Assembly: GCA_031835245.2 (NCBI GenBank)
Contig: JAVKOQ020000017.1
Coordinates: 248,001-312,000 of the forward strand
DNA length: 64,000 nt
Source of the DNA: Balamuthia mandrillaris
Lineage: Eukaryota
Direction of reading: 5' to 3'
Under the pieces are notes generated by a model. The model worked only from the letters and a program-made list of their open reading frames with translations. It had not been told where the DNA came from and made no database searches. Positions 60,621-64,000 of this stretch are shown in pieces (the first letter of the stretch is position 1; the number at the start of each line of letters is the position of its first letter). The position numbers and the translations under genes were made by a program.

Positions 60621-63600
60621 ATGAGTTGGTTGTTCGTAAGGCCCGGAGAATCGGATCCGCCGCCTCGCTGCGGCCACACGGCCACGGCGGTGGTGGCTGA
60701 GGACAGCGGAAAGCTGGTCGTCTTTGGTGGCTTTGATGGCACGCAATACTACAACGACCTCTACGTCCTTGCTCGCGGTGCAGTTTCTTCTGCTTCATTC
60801 CTTCTTCTCTCTCTCTCTCTCTCCTTCTCCTCTCTCTCTCTCTCTCTCTCTCGCTTCTCCCTTCTCTCGTGCTATGCTCTGCTCGTTCTCTGTTCTCTTT
60901 GCTTCTCTTCTTCCTTTGCTCTGACGCCTGTATTGTAACGCGTTGGTGTGAATAGGTTCTCGCTGGGAACGACCCACGACGAGCGGGGAGAGGCCTTCTC
61001 CTCGCACGGGACACAGCTGCGTTACCGTTGGTAGCCAAGTTTATATATTTGGTGGCTTTGACGGACAACAGGCTCTCAACGATCTTCATGTCCTCGACAC
61101 GGGTTCTTATTCTCTTTCTCTCTTTCTTGTTGTTTCCCTTTTCCGCTCACTCCTTCCTTGTTCTCTTTCTTGTTCTTGTTGTTTCTCAGAAACGTGGACA
61201 TGGAGCAAATTAACGAACAGCAGTGGAGACCCTCCTAAAGGACGGTACAGTCACAGCGCCACGCTGATGAAGGAGAGGTACATGTACGTTTTGGGAGGCA
61301 AAAGTGGCACTGGCCAGTTTTGGAGTTTTAGTGATGTGTACGTGCTTGACGTACAAACCTTGACATGGGAGCACAAAGTATTTCCTAACAACGCCGATTG
61401 TCCTCCTCCTCGTGCCTGGCATACAGCTACCGGTTCTCTTCTCTTCCCTTCCCTTCCCTCTGCTCCTTCTTCCGTTCTTGCTTTAAGCTAACGTTATTCC
61501 TTGAACTGTAAAAGTTATTGGTGACAAAATATATATATTTGGAGGAGGTACCGACAAAGAAAGTTACAATGAACTACACTGTTTAGGACCTGGTAATCTT
61601 CCTGGCGTTCTTTCTCTCCTTTCCGGCTTCTTTCGTCCTTATTTACCATATGACAACCTTCCCTCCTGCTAATGGCAACTCAGAGAAATGGTACCGAGTA
61701 TCAACCTCAGGCAGAACCCCATCGCCAAGATGCGGCCATACTGCAGTCTACGTGCCGGAAGAGAGCATGCTCATCATCTTTGGAGGTGCCGCGCAAAGCA
61801 GAGCTGACTTTCGTCCTTCCGACAATGATGTCCACGTTCTCTCCATTGGTACCTTTTTTTCCTCATTCTCTCTCTTTGTATTTTATTTACTGATGACGCA
61901 ATGTTTCTCTAGATCTTAAAGGAAAGGTCATGAAGTGGAAAACAAAGAAAGTGACGTTCGGAATGAAAGGCACAAAACCAAATGTATACGCCTACCATGC
62001 CGCCGTCTCTCTCTCCCAAAGTAAAATAGCAGTATTTGGCGGTTTCTGCTGCGATGAGAACAACAAGCAACGGGAGGGCACCCGCATTTGCAACGACCTC
62101 CTAATTTTGTATCATTTGGATCAATTATTGGTCCCTGTAAAGACCTTTAAGAGAGGAAAGAGTACTCGGCAGAAGGACGGCAGCATGTTCCAAATACGAA
62201 GGAAGAACACTACGGAGGACAAGAAAGCGAAGATTAAGCCAGTAAAGAAGAAGAAGCGAGAAGGCAAAAAGAAAACTAAGGATGGCGGCGATGATGGTAC
62301 TGTCTCTTCGCTCCCTCTTTCTTTCTCTCTTGCTGTTTCTTTTACTTAATCTTATTTGCGCTTTTCCTTATATTTCGTCGTTATTTCTCCTCTCTGCTTT
62401 TTCTTCTTTCAATAAAATAGGCATCGGTCTACCGTATCAAGTGCAACACACAATTCATGTGGACCAAGATTTCAACTGGACGGGTGGCGAGTCCGTCTTT
62501 CAAATTGAAGAAAAATTGGGAGAAGGGTACGCTTTTTCTTTTCAACACGACAAAGAGAGGTCTCCTTTTGGTTAGTGGTGTCAATGTTCTTATTTATTGT
62601 GATTTTTCAACCAAAAATAGAGCATATGGAGCAGTGTATAAAGGAAGACAGAAGGAGACGGGCTTCATATTGGCCATCAAAGAGATAAACGACGGTGGGG
62701 ACTTTGATGATCTCAAGAAAGAGATCGAAATATTGAAAAGAGTATGAGTATCATCACCCTTTTTTTTCTTTCTTGTTATCTCACCATTCTTTTTCAATGT
62801 TAGTGTCGTAACAAACATGTGGTGTGTTATTACGGAACTACCAACGCAAAGAATAACAACAATAACTTATGGGTATGGTATCCTTCCTATATTTTCTCTT
62901 CTAGTGCTTACTAAACTGTGTATTCATTGCTAAAAAAGATTTTGATGGAATACTGTTCGGTGGGTTCGGTGAGAGACTTGATCGAAATGTCGGAGCTCAC
63001 GCTTGTAGAAGATCAAGTGGCTTTTATTTGCAGGGAGGCTTTGATGGGACTCGTCTATCTTCACGCACAAAAGATCATTCACAGAGACGTCAAAGCAGCA
63101 AATATCCTGGTTGACTCTGCAGGAACTGTTAAAATTGGTTCGTTTTGTTTTTCTTATCTTCTCATTTATCTCTTTTCTTGCTCTGCCCTTTGTTTTGTTG
63201 TGTTTTTGCGAGGAACCGTCCTTATTCTTATTTTCCAACATTAGCCGATTTTGGAGTATCAGAACAACTTAGCGGAGAAAAGAGCCAAGAACGGATAGGT
63301 ACGCCGCTATGGATGGCGCCTGAGGTCATGCAGAACCGTGAATACGATAGCCGCTGCGACATTTGGTCTCTTGGTATCACTGCCATTGAAATGGCGGACG
63401 GCTTGCCGCCGCGTCACGAGCTCTCGCCTGCTCGTGCCATGCGTCTCATTCCCTCGCAGCCGCCCCCTACTTTGGAGAATCCTGCCGAGTGGTCCGATGA
63501 GTTCAATGCCTTTGTGAAGAGATGTCTTGTGAAAGATCCTACCAACAGGCCTACTGCCATGGACCTGCTCACCGATCCTTTCATCGTTAACGCAAAAGGT

Positions 63601-64000
63601 TTTTTTTTGATGTCCTTTATTTTCTGTTTTTAATATTCTTACATTTTTCAAAAAAAAAAAAAAAAAAGGACCGGAAGTGCTGCGCGAACGAATTGTTCAA
63701 GTGATGAAGATTCGCAAAGCACAACGAATGAAGAAGTTGAAAGAAGCAAAAGGAGAAGGAGAGGACGAGGATGACGAGACCAACAGCAGCAACACAACCA
63801 CTACGTCTACCACTACATCCAACCACACTAGCACTCAGGACTCTGCTTTCTCCACGATGGTTGTAGTGGATGGAGAGCAAGGTGAATGTAAACTCAATGA
63901 AGACTTTTCGATCTTCTCCACCGTCATAGTAAATGCCCAAGAACTGGAGGAAGAAGGAGAGGCAGAAGGAGGAGACATGTGGAGCACCGTTCGAGTTCGA
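60621..64000 (+). CDS. Kelch-repeat plus CRIB-like plus STE20/MST-family Ser/Thr kinase (3' end outside window; about 12 introns)
   Basis: Kelch repeats PPRCGHTA...VFGGFDG and PSPRCGHTA...IFGG. CRIB-like IGLPYQVQHTIHV. Kinase motifs LGEG|AYGAV, LAIKEI, IHRDVKAANIL, ADFG, GTPLWMAPEV and DIWSLGITAIEMADGLPP. Confidence 0.9.

Noticed and set aside
62873..62890. GTATCCTT near a kinase intron donor
   Set aside because: It lies 5 nt inside the intron; the reading frame requires the upstream GTATGG donor.

Overview
Gene-dense, intron-rich eukaryotic nuclear DNA. Short GT-AG introns are packed with pyrimidine microsatellites, exons are GC-richer and intergenic spacers are short and AT-rich. Gene content and style suggest a free-living amoebozoan (Balamuthia/Acanthamoeba-like); this is inference only. 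About 28 protein genes can be reconstructed by hand: TBC RabGAP, SLC30A9-like CDF transporter, F-box/DUF3506, NIT2, LRR-PP2C, KDM5, metallophosphoesterase, SH3 protein, Rho GTPase, PCD-domain protein, ADCK kinase, phytochelatin synthase, F-box/WD40, RWD-HExxH, PH-PAS, alpha/beta hydrolase, Mpo1, Lines, AspRS, bacterial-type IDH, Kelch-CRIB-STE20 kinase and several unknowns. Most notable observations: (1) a PH domain fused to a FixL-like PAS domain that keeps the heme-binding His and O2-sensing Arg in exact register; (2) two clear minor-spliceosome (U12) introns, one AT-AC; (3) an internally deleted Tc1/mariner element with TIRs and TA duplication that appears to have displaced a promoter; (4) a GTCGAC palindrome strongly enriched about 90-150 bp upstream of start codons; (5) an RWD plus HExxH metalloprotease fusion. 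CDS coordinates span first to last coding base including introns, and exon joins were made by eye. No CRISPR array, rRNA or complete tRNA was seen.
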